From positions 59,632-123,631 of the IMG/VR virus record IMGVR_UViG_3300026189_001009: a stretch of DNA of 64,000 nucleotides. One strand, written 5' to 3'. The notes under the pieces were generated by a model that ran no database searches, was not told the origin of the DNA, and saw nothing but the letters and a program-made list of their open reading frames with translations. Shown piece by piece: positions 26,370 to 36,674 of the stretch; the first letter of the stretch is position 1, and each line of letters begins with the position of its first letter. The stretch comes from a virus. The position numbers were made by a program, and so were the translations under genes.

Positions 26370-27810
26370 TAAGGACTATGCAGTATTCTTACCAGCAATA
26401 AGTTTTATATATGCAGACTTGTTATCAAAAAATGCAGAAGAGAAATGGGGTGATAGAATTCCAAAAGGTTTGCCTAAAGGTTTAGACAGTCTTAAATTTT
26501 TGTATGACGAGCAAGGTATGTTTAATTACAAGTGGGGATTGTATTCGGCAGGACACGCCAAGTTAGATATTGAAAAGTCAAAAGTACAAGAAGCATTTGT
26601 GCAAGACAGACCACGTGATAAAACAATTATATTAGGTGACAGTGGAGGCTTCCAAGTAGCAAAAGGTATTCTTAAGTTTGATTGGGATAACTTTTTTACA
26701 CCAGGACATAAAAACGATAAGATTAGATTAGATATCCTTAGATGGTTAGAACACACAGCAGACTGGAGTATGTGTTTAGATATTCCAAGTTTCTCTGTTA
26801 GTTTAGGTATTGGTGTTAATACTGTAAGAGATTGTATGGCATACACGGCATACAACAATGAATTTTTTGTTAACAACAGAGTTCCTGGAGCAACAAAGTT
26901 TTTAAATGTTATTCAAGGCAATGATATTCAATCAGCTGATGAATGGTTTGATACAATGGCACCATTTAGTGATACGAAAGTTTATGGTGACAGAGCATTT
27001 GAAGGTTGGGCTATGGGTGGTGAACATATGAGATGGTGGAAACTGATTTTACATAGAATGATTAAAATGAGAGATGGTGGACACTTTGATGGAAAAGATT
27101 GGATACATTTTTTAGGTACATCAGCATTAGAGCCGGCAGTTATGTTGACAGCAATTAAAAGACAGTTGACAAAAATTAATCCAAACTTAGAAGTTAGTTT
27201 TGATTCAGCATCTGCATTTGTATCAGTAGCAAGAGGACTTGTATATACTGAAAATGAATTTGATATGATGAGAAAGAAACCACGTTTTGGTTTTACAATG
27301 GATAAAGCCAAAGACAACAAGAAGTATGCAGGCAACATGGATAGAAAGTATGCTGATATGATTCCAGGTGAATATGAAACATTTGTAAACAATTCACCAG
27401 TTATGGATTGTTATAAAGAAGGCGATATATGTTGCAGAGGAGAAGATTACGAAAGTAAAACAAGTTGGGATAGTTTAAGTTATGTATTGTTAATGGCACA
27501 CAATGTATATCAACACATTGAAGCTGTACAGGAAGCAAACAGAAGAACAGATGCTAAAGATGTAAAAAGCATTCCGGAAGATGTTTTAGAGTTTGTTGAT
27601 TTAACAACAGAAGTATTTCAATCAGAAAAGCCAATGGAAGTGATTGAAAAGAACAGTTCATTATTGAATGGATTATCAAAAGCTAAATTTAGTGGAGCAC
27701 CAAGAACAACTACATTTGATTCAATTGTTGAGAGCGTACCACCGCTAGTAATGAAAGAGAAGAAAGAAGTCAAGGAAGTCAAGTCCAATTTCGAGAACTT
27801 GTTTGAGTGA
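26344..27810 (+). CDS. Divergent TGT/DpdA-like guanine transglycosylase
   Basis: GDSGGFQ, MCLDIP, NVIQG, GWAMGG, HFLG, SFDSAS; TTG start with GGAGG. Confidence 0.75.
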   Translation: MSINLTSTNKDYAVFLPAISFIYADLLSKNAEEKWGDRIPKGLPKGLDSLKFLYDEQGMFNYKWGLYSAGHAKLDIEKSKVQEAFVQDRPRDKTIILGDSGGFQVAKGILKFDWDNFFTPGHKNDKIRLDILRWLEHTADWSMCLDIPSFSVSLGIGVNTVRDCMAYTAYNNEFFVNNRVPGATKFLNVIQGNDIQSADEWFDTMAPFSDTKVYGDRAFEGWAMGGEHMRWWKLILHRMIKMRDGGHFDGKDWIHFLGTSALEPAVMLTAIKRQLTKINPNLEVSFDSASAFVSVARGLVYTENEFDMMRKKPRFGFTMDKAKDNKKYAGNMDRKYADMIPGEYETFVNNSPVMDCYKEGDICCRGEDYESKTSWDSLSYVLLMAHNVYQHIEAVQEANRRTDAKDVKSIPEDVLEFVDLTTEVFQSEKPMEVIEKNSSLLNGLSKAKFSGAPRTTTFDSIVESVPPLVMKEKKEVKEVKSNFENLFE

Positions 27811-29129
27811 TAAGTAATGCTATTATGCCTCGTTCATTTTGCCCTTTACCGTGGTCTCATTTAGGAGTTAAGAACAATGGCACACTTAGAATGTGTAGTC
27901 ATAGTCAATCTGCTGGTGTAGGTAACACAGTATTACATCAAAACAATAAACCATTAATGCTAGAAGATTTGAACTCTGTAGATGTGTTGAATTGTGAAAC
28001 ACTGAAACAAGTACGTAAAGATTTCATGAGTGGTAAGTTCCCAACACAATGCAATAGATGTAAAATGGAAAAAGAATCAGGTTACAGAAGTAGAGATGAA
28101 TGGGAAACTTTAAGATCAATAGCTGACGGTTTTACTCCAGCAATGGCATACGAAAATACTAATGATGATGGTACGTTAAAAGAATCAAAGATAATGAGCG
28201 TAGATTTACGTGTAGGTCATCAATGTAATTTAAGATGTGTCATGTGTTTTCCTGGTGAGTCAACTAAATGGTATAAAGACTATAAAGAAATAATGCAAGA
28301 AGACAAGTTTGGCGTTGACGGAAAAAAATATGATTTAGATATAAAGAATGCTGACTTTGATTGGTCAAGGTCTGAAGAAAAAGTTAATGGACTTGTTGAA
28401 GCTGGGCAGTATATTCAAAAAATAAAATTCGGAGGCGGTGAACCATTAATGATTAAACACTGTGCCGACCTAGTAGAAAAACTTGTTGAGTCAGGCAATG
28501 CTAAAAATATAGAATTAGAATACTCAGTTAACTTGACAGTGTTCCCTCCAAAGCTATGGGATTTATGGAAACACTTTAAACGGATTAAATTTTGTTGTAG
28601 TGTTGATGGTCTAGGAGAAGTAAACGAAGCAATTAGATATCCTACGAAATGGTCTGTGGTTAAAGAGAATTTAAAAATGTTAGACGATACACCAGATAAC
28701 TTTGAAGTCTTCACTAGTACTACAATTAATATGTTAACTTATGAGCACTGGGCAGATTTAATGCTATGGATTGATAGTCAGCACTTTAAAAAGATAAACA
28801 CCAATGCATATGACTTTAGTGCAACACATCCCGTATATAATCCAAAATATTTAAACATTGGTATAATGGACAAAGAAGATTTTGAGAAGATAACAAACAA
28901 CCTTTACAATAAAATTAATAAATCAAAATCAAATAAAAAGTCTACTATGTTGCGTAGGGTTGAATATTACAAAAACCTCTATGATAAAATAAGACCAACA
29001 GAAGGTACTGCTCTATATAAAAAACAGTTCGCAGATAGATTTGATAGATTTGCAAAAGCACAAAATCAAGACTGGGATAAAATATTTCCTTATGCATCTA
29101 GTCTAAAAAATAAATGGGCAACTCAATGA
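27807..29129 (+). CDS. Radical SAM protein with N-terminal twitch-like domain
   Basis: CPLPW...C, C..C, CNLRCVMC, GGEP. Confidence 0.85.
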   Translation: MISNAIMPRSFCPLPWSHLGVKNNGTLRMCSHSQSAGVGNTVLHQNNKPLMLEDLNSVDVLNCETLKQVRKDFMSGKFPTQCNRCKMEKESGYRSRDEWETLRSIADGFTPAMAYENTNDDGTLKESKIMSVDLRVGHQCNLRCVMCFPGESTKWYKDYKEIMQEDKFGVDGKKYDLDIKNADFDWSRSEEKVNGLVEAGQYIQKIKFGGGEPLMIKHCADLVEKLVESGNAKNIELEYSVNLTVFPPKLWDLWKHFKRIKFCCSVDGLGEVNEAIRYPTKWSVVKENLKMLDDTPDNFEVFTSTTINMLTYEHWADLMLWIDSQHFKKINTNAYDFSATHPVYNPKYLNIGIMDKEDFEKITNNLYNKINKSKSNKKSTMLRRVEYYKNLYDKIRPTEGTALYKKQFADRFDRFAKAQNQDWDKIFPYASSLKNKWATQ

Positions 29130-29983
29130 GTTTCGTAGCAAAAGAATATAGTGATAAAGAATTAGTGGCAACTAGAATACCACCTATGGTAGATGAAGAT
29201 TTATATAACTTTATGAAAAGTTGTACACATGAACATACAGCAGAAATGCCAAACTTGTTAGATGACTTTAAAACTAAGATAGATGAATATGTCTTTAGCA
29301 ATAATGTAAACAAACTGTCAGGCAATGAGCAGTTTAAACATCGTAATATTTGTATTGGTTGCACACAATACATTGATGATCTATACCAAACGTATGGATC
29401 TGATAACATAATGACTTTGGAAAATGATTACAAATACCATTGGAGATTGAATAATGACATAAAATTTTACAACATAGATAACTTGGAAAAAGGAAAACAA
29501 CTTTTGATCTCTATGCCTTTTCCATATACTGGTGATATACATCATAGTATGGACGAACTGTTAGATAGATGCCATGAGTTAGATATACCTGTGCATATTG
29601 ATTCAGCTTGGATTACAGCAAGTAGAAACATTGAATTTAATTACAGCCATCCTGCTATAAAAAGTTTTGCAGTAAGTTTAAGTAAAGGTTTAGCATTAGG
29701 ATCACACAGAATTGGAATGCGTTGGTCTAGAGATGAAATGCCTGGCCCAATAACCATCATGAATGATTTTCATATGAACTGTAAAAGTTTAGTATGGATC
29801 GGTTTGAAATATATGGAAAAGTTTTCTCCAGGTTTCCTTTGGAACAAGTACGAAAAGCATTATAGTAAAATAATAAAGGATTTTGATTTACAACCAACAA
29901 AAACAATACATCTTGCACACAAAGATGGACAACCAACTGGAATCAGATCTCTTTTATTATTTCTCGAATATAAACAAAAATAG
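29114..29983 (+). CDS. PLP-dependent transferase-like protein
   Basis: VHIDSAW and SLSKG....RIG; start may be ATG 29126. Confidence 0.65.
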   Translation: MGNSMSFVAKEYSDKELVATRIPPMVDEDLYNFMKSCTHEHTAEMPNLLDDFKTKIDEYVFSNNVNKLSGNEQFKHRNICIGCTQYIDDLYQTYGSDNIMTLENDYKYHWRLNNDIKFYNIDNLEKGKQLLISMPFPYTGDIHHSMDELLDRCHELDIPVHIDSAWITASRNIEFNYSHPAIKSFAVSLSKGLALGSHRIGMRWSRDEMPGPITIMNDFHMNCKSLVWIGLKYMEKFSPGFLWNKYEKHYSKIIKDFDLQPTKTIHLAHKDGQPTGIRSLLLFLEYKQK

Positions 29984-29984
29984 T

Positions 29985-30013
29985 TTGACAAAACTATAAA
30001 AATAAAGTATTAT
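29985..30013 (+). promoter_or_regulatory. Sigma70-type promoter
   Basis: TTGACA-N17-TATTAT; ATG 7 nt downstream. Confidence 0.7.
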
Positions 30014-30019
30014 TAAAAT

Positions 30020-31207
30020 ATGAGAAAATTATTTTATATGGGCCTCGAGCCTTATGAAGGTCGCTACACTTTACAACTACAAGATTGGTCAGAACGAGTT
30101 TTTAAGAAACGTAATATTGATTATACTATTGTACCAGGTACTACAATAGATAATACAAAATCAATTAGTGTTGGTCAGGTATTAGATGCACATGGCAGAA
30201 GTTATTTTGGTATGAGTCAGATGATGAATCTAGTACAGATGATGCGTAATGGAGAAGTAACATCTGATGATGCAATCTTCTTTGAAGATATGTTTCAACC
30301 TGGTATGGAATCGTTACCATACATTTTAAATCAAGTAGATGAAAAGCATAGACCACAGATATATCTAAGATGTTTAGCACAGGCTATTGACCCAGATGAT
30401 TTTGTACACGTATGGGGTATGAGCAAATGGATGAGTTTGTATGAACAGTTATGTAACGAAATACCAAATGTAAACATATTAGCAACAAATGAAGAAATGG
30501 TTGCACACATGAGAATAGCAAATTGGAAAGCACCAATATATAATATTTCAGGTTTAAGTTTTGGTAAAGAAGAAGTATTAGAAAGAGTAAACAATAAACT
30601 AACACCATGGAGTGAAAGAGACGATAGAATAATATTTGCGGCTAGATGGGATCAAGAGAAACAGCCTGGCTTCTTTATGGATATTATTGAAGAAGTAAAA
30701 GCAACTGACTGGGGTAAGGACTATGAGTTTGCATTATGTATAGGAGGACCTCTAAGATCAAATGCACAAAAATATGTTGATAGAGCTTTAGAGTTAGAAC
30801 AAAAAGGTTTATTTAAAATTTATAAAGACTTACAGAAAAATGATTATTATAATTTACTGAACAAGTCTAAACTATTATTTAATTGTGCTTTACAAGACTG
30901 GGTATCAAACACAGTAAGTGAAGGCGATACATTAGGCTGTAACGTTTTATATCCAGCATACAGAAGTTTTCCAGAAACATTTGCTAATGATCCGGATAGG
31001 ATGTATGTACCGTGGAGTAAACAAGATGCAATTAATAAAATGAAACAACTAATAGATCAACCACACAGTAATCAAGGTAAGATATCTGATTGGACTAACG
31101 GAACAATTGATAGAATGATTGATATTATGTCTAAAGATTATAGAGCAAATAAATGGTTAAGATCAGGAAGGGACTATAGAGATTATGCCTCAGAGTCAAA
31201 GTACTAA
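30020..31207 (+). CDS. GT-B fold glycosyltransferase
   Basis: FAARWDQEKQP and QDWVSNTVSE (D/E-x7-E type). Confidence 0.7.
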   Translation: MRKLFYMGLEPYEGRYTLQLQDWSERVFKKRNIDYTIVPGTTIDNTKSISVGQVLDAHGRSYFGMSQMMNLVQMMRNGEVTSDDAIFFEDMFQPGMESLPYILNQVDEKHRPQIYLRCLAQAIDPDDFVHVWGMSKWMSLYEQLCNEIPNVNILATNEEMVAHMRIANWKAPIYNISGLSFGKEEVLERVNNKLTPWSERDDRIIFAARWDQEKQPGFFMDIIEEVKATDWGKDYEFALCIGGPLRSNAQKYVDRALELEQKGLFKIYKDLQKNDYYNLLNKSKLLFNCALQDWVSNTVSEGDTLGCNVLYPAYRSFPETFANDPDRMYVPWSKQDAINKMKQLIDQPHSNQGKISDWTNGTIDRMIDIMSKDYRANKWLRSGRDYRDYASESKY

Positions 31208-32219
31208 GATATTAGTAACAGGTGCAACAGGTTATGTTGGATCACACGTTCTAAAGTATCTTAATGAAAAAGGTTATCAGACTATCGGTATTGATAGAAA
31301 CGTTAGTGCAAGAGATTATATAACTAGACAACTACCAGATACAAAATTTTATGAAACAGGTCATGGCAAAGAATCTGATATACTAGATTCAATATTTCAA
31401 GAGCATAAGCCTCATGCAGTTTTACATTTATCAGCAAGTAGTTTAGTTGGTCCTAGTGTTACAGATCCACATAGATATTATGATAATAATGTTGGTGGAA
31501 CAATTAGTTTGCTTGGACTATGCGTGAAGTATGATGTTAAAAAGTTTGTGTTTACATCTACTAGTTCTGTATATGGCAATGGACATGAGCCACCAATCAA
31601 TGAAGATGTACAAAAACAACCATTAACAAGTTATGGTGGAAGTAAATTAATGATAGAATATATCTTAACTGATTACTATAAAGCATATGGTTTGAATAGT
31701 GTAACATTAAGATTATTCAATGTTTGTGGTGCAGATCCAGAACATACATTAGGTGAAGTTAAAAATGCTCCTACGCATTTGATTCCAAGTGTAATGGATA
31801 CAGCATTAGGCAGAAGAGATATATTTAAAATATTTGGTACAAAATATAATACAAGAGATGGCACAGCTATAAGAGATTATACTCATGTATGGGATGTTGC
31901 AAAAGCATTTGAAATGAGTATTGGATTTATGAATGATAATGAAGGCGATCATGTTTTTAATATTGGTGCATCAGGAGGACATAGTGTTCAAGAAGTAGTA
32001 ACAGCAATGGAAAAAGTATTAGATAAGAAAGTTCCAGTTGAGCATCATGCACCTAGAGAAGGTGATCCGGAATGTGTTATTGCAGATGTTTCCAAAGCTA
32101 AAGAACAGCTAGGTTGGGAACCTGAAAAATCAGATATTGACACTATATGCAAAGATACTGTACAATGGTTTGATACAGACATTTATAAAGCAATTGATAT
32201 CAAAAAGGTAATACAGTAA
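31185..32219 (+). CDS. galE: UDP-glucose 4-epimerase
   Basis: GATGYVG, YGGSK, DGTAIRDYTHV. Confidence 0.88.
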   Translation: MPQSQSTKILVTGATGYVGSHVLKYLNEKGYQTIGIDRNVSARDYITRQLPDTKFYETGHGKESDILDSIFQEHKPHAVLHLSASSLVGPSVTDPHRYYDNNVGGTISLLGLCVKYDVKKFVFTSTSSVYGNGHEPPINEDVQKQPLTSYGGSKLMIEYILTDYYKAYGLNSVTLRLFNVCGADPEHTLGEVKNAPTHLIPSVMDTALGRRDIFKIFGTKYNTRDGTAIRDYTHVWDVAKAFEMSIGFMNDNEGDHVFNIGASGGHSVQEVVTAMEKVLDKKVPVEHHAPREGDPECVIADVSKAKEQLGWEPEKSDIDTICKDTVQWFDTDIYKAIDIKKVIQ

Positions 32220-32243
32220 GTGTTAAGATTATTTAAAATTATA

Positions 32244-32272
32244 AAGGCAACCCTCTGCCTTAACATCGGGAG
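32244..32272 (+). promoter_or_regulatory. Candidate H-type pseudoknot leader occluding the folE SD
   Basis: AAGGCA-ACCCTC-TGCCTT-AACATC-GGGAG. Confidence 0.5.
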
Positions 32273-32278
32273 AAACAA

Positions 32279-32956
32279 ATGAGTGTAAGTGAAGAAATTA
32301 AAAAAAGATTACAAGAAGCAGGCAAAAGATTTCATAGCAATGATAATATATCTGAATATATTAAAGAAGGCGAACTAGATAAACTTCAAACTGAGGTACA
32401 AGAAAAGTTTTATGAAGTATTACAAACTTTAGTAATTGATACTGAAGGAGATCATAACACACAAGACACAGCAAGAAGAGTTGCTAAGATGTGGGTCAAA
32501 GAAACGTTTGGCGGTAGATATAAGCCAGCACCAAAGATTACGAGTTTTCCAAACATGGGATACAAAAGTATGTACACATCTGGTCCAATTAGTATTAGAT
32601 CAACTTGTGCTCACCACTTTCAGAACATTGTAGGTAAAGCATGGGTTGGTATCATTCCTAATGGTGAAGTAATTGGACTATCAAAGTTTAATAGAATTAT
32701 ACATCATATTGTGGAAAGACCACAGATACAAGAAGAGATGACAACACAGATTGCAGAAGCATTAGAAGAATATGCACACACTAAAAATATCGCGGTAGTC
32801 GTAAAAGCAGAACATCATTGTATGACTCATAGAGGTGTGCGTGAACATGAATCAGATATGACGACAGCGATAATGTTAGGACACTTTAAAGAAGATCCAG
32901 CAACAAGAGATGAGTTTTACAAGATATGTTTATCAATGAAAGGACACAGAAACTAA
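32279..32956 (+). CDS. folE: GTP cyclohydrolase I
   Basis: STCAHH, GLSK, QIQE, HHCMTHRG. Confidence 0.95.
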   Translation: MSVSEEIKKRLQEAGKRFHSNDNISEYIKEGELDKLQTEVQEKFYEVLQTLVIDTEGDHNTQDTARRVAKMWVKETFGGRYKPAPKITSFPNMGYKSMYTSGPISIRSTCAHHFQNIVGKAWVGIIPNGEVIGLSKFNRIIHHIVERPQIQEEMTTQIAEALEEYAHTKNIAVVVKAEHHCMTHRGVREHESDMTTAIMLGHFKEDPATRDEFYKICLSMKGHRN

Positions 32957-32957
32957 T

Positions 32958-33539
32958 ATGAATGAAGATTGGATTATACCAAAAGTCACATTTAGAACAA
33001 GAGAAGGTGACGAAGAAACAGAAGATGGTGGTTGTGCTATTGGTGGACATTGGGTAACAAAAACAACAGATGACTATTTTAAAGGAAAAAGAGTAGTACT
33101 GTTTAGTTTACCGGGTGCATTCACTCCTACTTGCTCATCACAACAACTACCAGGATTTGAAGACAACTTTGAAAAAATTAAAGCAATGGGAATAGATGAT
33201 ATCTATTGCTGTTCAGTAAATGACTCTTATGTAATGAATGCATGGGCTAAACACATGGGTATTAAACACGTTAAGATGATACCTGATGGTTCAGGTAACT
33301 TTACAAGATTTATGGGAATGCTAATTGGAAAGAACCATTTAGGATTTGGTATGCGTAGTTGGAGATATATGTGTGTCATCAATAATGGAGTTGTTGAAGC
33401 ATGGTGGGAAGAACCAGGTATTAACAATGACGGAGAAGATGATGATCCATATGAGGAATCAACACCGGAGAATATGATTCAGTATCTAGAGGCACATCAT
33501 GATGTGAAACCTTTAGTACTCACAGACGAAGTAGTATAA
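32958..33539 (+). CDS. Peroxiredoxin (Prx5 type)
   Basis: PGAFTPTCS, SVND, RSWRY. Confidence 0.92.
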   Translation: MNEDWIIPKVTFRTREGDEETEDGGCAIGGHWVTKTTDDYFKGKRVVLFSLPGAFTPTCSSQQLPGFEDNFEKIKAMGIDDIYCCSVNDSYVMNAWAKHMGIKHVKMIPDGSGNFTRFMGMLIGKNHLGFGMRSWRYMCVINNGVVEAWWEEPGINNDGEDDDPYEESTPENMIQYLEAHHDVKPLVLTDEVV

Positions 33540-33552
33540 ACAAGAGGGAAAA

Positions 33553-34668
33553 ATGAGAATCAAACCTGACGTTAAGTTGGACTATAAAGATGTTCTACTC
33601 GAACCAAAAAGATCTAAGCTAACAACTCGTAAAGAAGTTGTTATGGAAAGAGAATTTACTTTCCTTAATTCTGGGAAAACTTTTAAAGGCACTCCTATTA
33701 TGGCAAGTAATATGGATGGTGTTGGTACATTTGAAATGGCCAAAGTATTACAAAATCACAGAATGCTTACTATTATGAGAAAGCATTATACATTAGAAGA
33801 TTGGGATAATGCTGTAGGCGACGGATTAAGATTAAAGTATGTTTCAATCTGTACTGGAACTGGAAGAATTTGGTCTGAAGATGCACAAGATTATAGTGTA
33901 ATGAGAGAAGTATTGACAAAGTATCCTGACATTCCTTTTATTACAATTGATGTTGCTAATGGTTATCATCAAAACTTTGTTGAGTTTGTAGCAAAAGTCA
34001 GAGATGAATTTCCAGATAAGACTATCATTGCAGGTAACGTTATCACGCCTGAAATGACTGAAGAACTAATTATGCGTGGAGCAGACATTGTCAAATGTGG
34101 TATTGGTCCTGGATCGGTATGTACAACACGTTTAATGACTGGTGTAGGTGTACCACAGCTATCAGGAATTATTGAATGTGCCGATGCCGCTCATGGTGTA
34201 GGTGGACAAGTAGTTGCAGATGGTGGTTGCGTATATCCAGGAGACGTAGCAAAAGGTTTTTCAGCAGGTGCAGACTTTATTATGCTTGGAGGTATGTTAG
34301 CTGGACATGACGAAGGTGGTGGAAATGTTATTACTAAACATACTGCCAATGGTGATGCACATCAACTAGCTGACGGAACTTATGTTCCATACTTTGAGAA
34401 AAAACAGTTTATACAGTTCTACGGAATGAGTTCAGATGCCGCAATGGCTAAACATGGTAGTAGAAAAGATGGGTATAGAGGTGCTGAAGGTAAGTTAGTT
34501 TCTATTCCTTATAAAGGTCCTGTTGAAGATACAGTAACAGAGATCCTTGGAGGTATACGATCAGCTTGTACATACATAGGTGCAAGAAGAATTAAAGATA
34601 TGCCTAAGTGTACAACCTTTGTACAAGTTAATAATCAAGTCAATGAGGTGTTTAATAGATATGAGTAA
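33553..34668 (+). CDS. guaC: GMP reductase
   Basis: SNMDGVGTF, DVANG, GIGPGSVCTTR, YRGAEGK. Confidence 0.93.
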   Translation: MRIKPDVKLDYKDVLLEPKRSKLTTRKEVVMEREFTFLNSGKTFKGTPIMASNMDGVGTFEMAKVLQNHRMLTIMRKHYTLEDWDNAVGDGLRLKYVSICTGTGRIWSEDAQDYSVMREVLTKYPDIPFITIDVANGYHQNFVEFVAKVRDEFPDKTIIAGNVITPEMTEELIMRGADIVKCGIGPGSVCTTRLMTGVGVPQLSGIIECADAAHGVGGQVVADGGCVYPGDVAKGFSAGADFIMLGGMLAGHDEGGGNVITKHTANGDAHQLADGTYVPYFEKKQFIQFYGMSSDAAMAKHGSRKDGYRGAEGKLVSIPYKGPVEDTVTEILGGIRSACTYIGARRIKDMPKCTTFVQVNNQVNEVFNRYE

Positions 34669-35170
34669 TATAGAAAAGAAGTTTATTAACCATGCTACTG
34701 TGGCCGCGTATTTGGGAATCATTGTTGAGAAAATGAACAAAGATGCTTTTAAGCCCGACCTAGTAGTTGGGTTAAGCAGAGGTGGTTTACCACCAGGAGT
34801 TATGTTAAGTCATTTCTTAAACAAGCCGTTTGTACCTTTTCAAACTAGTTTAAGAGATCATCCAATGTGGAGTCTTAACACAGATCAACTTTCAAGTGTA
34901 GAAAAAGTTGTTGTTGTAGATGACATCTGTGATACCGGAGATACATTTAAAAAAATTAAACAAGAGCTATCAGAAAAGTTTCCAAGCCTTGATGTAAGGT
35001 TTGCTTGTTTGCATTATAACAAACCAAGCGGTTTTGATATTGATTGGTATGGGTCTCAAATAGATAAAGTCAATCAAGATGTATGGGTAGTGTATCCATG
35101 GGAAGATTGGTTTGATAGAGATGCAGTTGAAAATACTGTAGTTAATGACATCATAGGAAGAATAAAATGA
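34661..35170 (+). CDS. Type I (purine) phosphoribosyltransferase
   Basis: LSRGG, VVDDICDTGDT, WVVYPWE; start ATG 34661. Confidence 0.88.
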   Translation: MSNIEKKFINHATVAAYLGIIVEKMNKDAFKPDLVVGLSRGGLPPGVMLSHFLNKPFVPFQTSLRDHPMWSLNTDQLSSVEKVVVVDDICDTGDTFKKIKQELSEKFPSLDVRFACLHYNKPSGFDIDWYGSQIDKVNQDVWVVYPWEDWFDRDAVENTVVNDIIGRIK

Positions 35171-35619
35171 GTAGTGAAAAATGGCCTTGGGAAGTATACA
35201 GCGATGAAACAAAACATCATAACAAGTATCCAAAAGAATATAAAGACGCAGTTTGGTGGTTAAATTCAAAACCTATTAAAGATGAACCACAGTATTCTGT
35301 GTTTATGGACAAGTATCCAGCAGTCGAAGGACATAGATTATACATTCCAAAAACAAATGATGCACCCGGTATGATTGGATTATGTTTCCAAGAAGCATAT
35401 AGAGATGGAATGGAAATGATTAAAGAAGGAAAAATTGAAGGATTCAATATGGGAATGAACATAAATGAGGTAGCAGGACAGTCAATATTTTGGCCCCATG
35501 TACATTTTCTTCCAAGACACAAGAATGATATTAAAGGAAGAAATGCTGGAATGAGAATGGCAGTTCATACAATTGATCCATATAATCCAGATAATCAAAT
35601 TGACAAAAAATCTAAATAG
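35167..35619 (+). CDS. HIT-family nucleotide hydrolase
   Basis: DKYP..EGH, AGQS..WPHVHFLPR. Confidence 0.8.
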   Translation: MSSEKWPWEVYSDETKHHNKYPKEYKDAVWWLNSKPIKDEPQYSVFMDKYPAVEGHRLYIPKTNDAPGMIGLCFQEAYRDGMEMIKEGKIEGFNMGMNINEVAGQSIFWPHVHFLPRHKNDIKGRNAGMRMAVHTIDPYNPDNQIDKKSK

Positions 35620-35634
35620 TGTATAGTATATATT

Positions 35635-36531
35635 ATGGAAGAGAAGAAGTATTATTATTCGGAGATATTTCATAGTATTCAAGGAGAAGGACACTATACA
35701 GGTGTTCCGACAGCTTGGATAAGATTCTTCTTATGTAATTTACAATGTAATGGATTTGGACAAATAGATCCAACAACACCAGAAACATATGAATTACCAT
35801 TTGAAGACTTTGATATATCAACTATAAAAAGAGTAGAAGACTTGCCTGTATGGGAAAAAGGTTGTGATAGTTCTTATACTTGGGCAAAAAAGTTTAAAGG
35901 TTTAATGGGGCATGAGACTCCATCAACATTAGCAAACAAAATTGTAGACATAATGAAAAATGAAAGTAATCCTGAAGGATTATTTCTACATCCTATTACA
36001 AAACAAAGACAACACTTATGTATAACAGGTGGTGAACCATTAATGGCAACAGGACAATTTGCAACTGTAGGAATATATGAAGAACTTGAAAGACAAGGTA
36101 ATTTGCCAGAGTCAATGACATTTGAAACTAACGGTACACAAAAAATTAGACAACCATTTATTGATTGGGTAAACAGAATAGATACAGAAATATTCTTTAG
36201 TGTAAGTCCTAAATTGTTTACAGTTTCAGGAGAGACTCCGGAAAAAGCTATTAAACCTGAGGTAGTAGCAGAATATAGAAAACTTTCTAGTAAAGGACAG
36301 TTGAAGTTTGTGGTAGGTCCAAAAGATAGAGAGTGGGATGAAATGGAATCCGTAATCAAACAGTTTAAAGAAGCAGGTGTTGATTGGCCCATATGGGTTA
36401 TGCCAACAGGTGCAAGAGAAGAAGAACAAACAGTAGGTGCAGGTGCAGTGGCCGAAAAAGCATTTAAAAGAGGCTACAACGTAGCGGCTAGAGTTCATGT
36501 ATACCTATTTGGTAACGCAATAGGAACGTAA
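35635..36531 (+). CDS. queE: 7-carboxy-7-deazaguanine synthase-like radical SAM
   Basis: EIFHSIQGEG, CNLQC...GCDS with insertion, TGGEP, ETNG, SVSPK; TTGACA at 35600. Confidence 0.85.
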   Translation: MEEKKYYYSEIFHSIQGEGHYTGVPTAWIRFFLCNLQCNGFGQIDPTTPETYELPFEDFDISTIKRVEDLPVWEKGCDSSYTWAKKFKGLMGHETPSTLANKIVDIMKNESNPEGLFLHPITKQRQHLCITGGEPLMATGQFATVGIYEELERQGNLPESMTFETNGTQKIRQPFIDWVNRIDTEIFFSVSPKLFTVSGETPEKAIKPEVVAEYRKLSSKGQLKFVVGPKDREWDEMESVIKQFKEAGVDWPIWVMPTGAREEEQTVGAGAVAEKAFKRGYNVAARVHVYLFGNAIGT

Positions 36532-36539
36532 GGAGGAGT

Positions 36540-36674
36540 ATGGAATATATATTATTTGGAATACTCATAGGTTGGTTGACCCCTAGGCCTAAATACTTAG
36601 GTCCAATAGAAGAAGCAATATGGAACCCAATCAAAGAGAAACTTCCACCAAAAATAAGAAATCTATTTGGATAA
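36540..36674 (+). CDS. 44-aa membrane-associated peptide
   Basis: AGGAGG SD; MEYILFGILIGWLTPRP; not in track. Confidence 0.55.
   Translation: MEYILFGILIGWLTPRPKYLGPIEEAIWNPIKEKLPPKIRNLFG

Noticed and set aside
32244-32272. Assignment to the THF-II (folE motif) or canonical preQ1-I riboswitch
   Set aside because: Sequence does not match either consensus as I know it; kept only as an unassigned candidate
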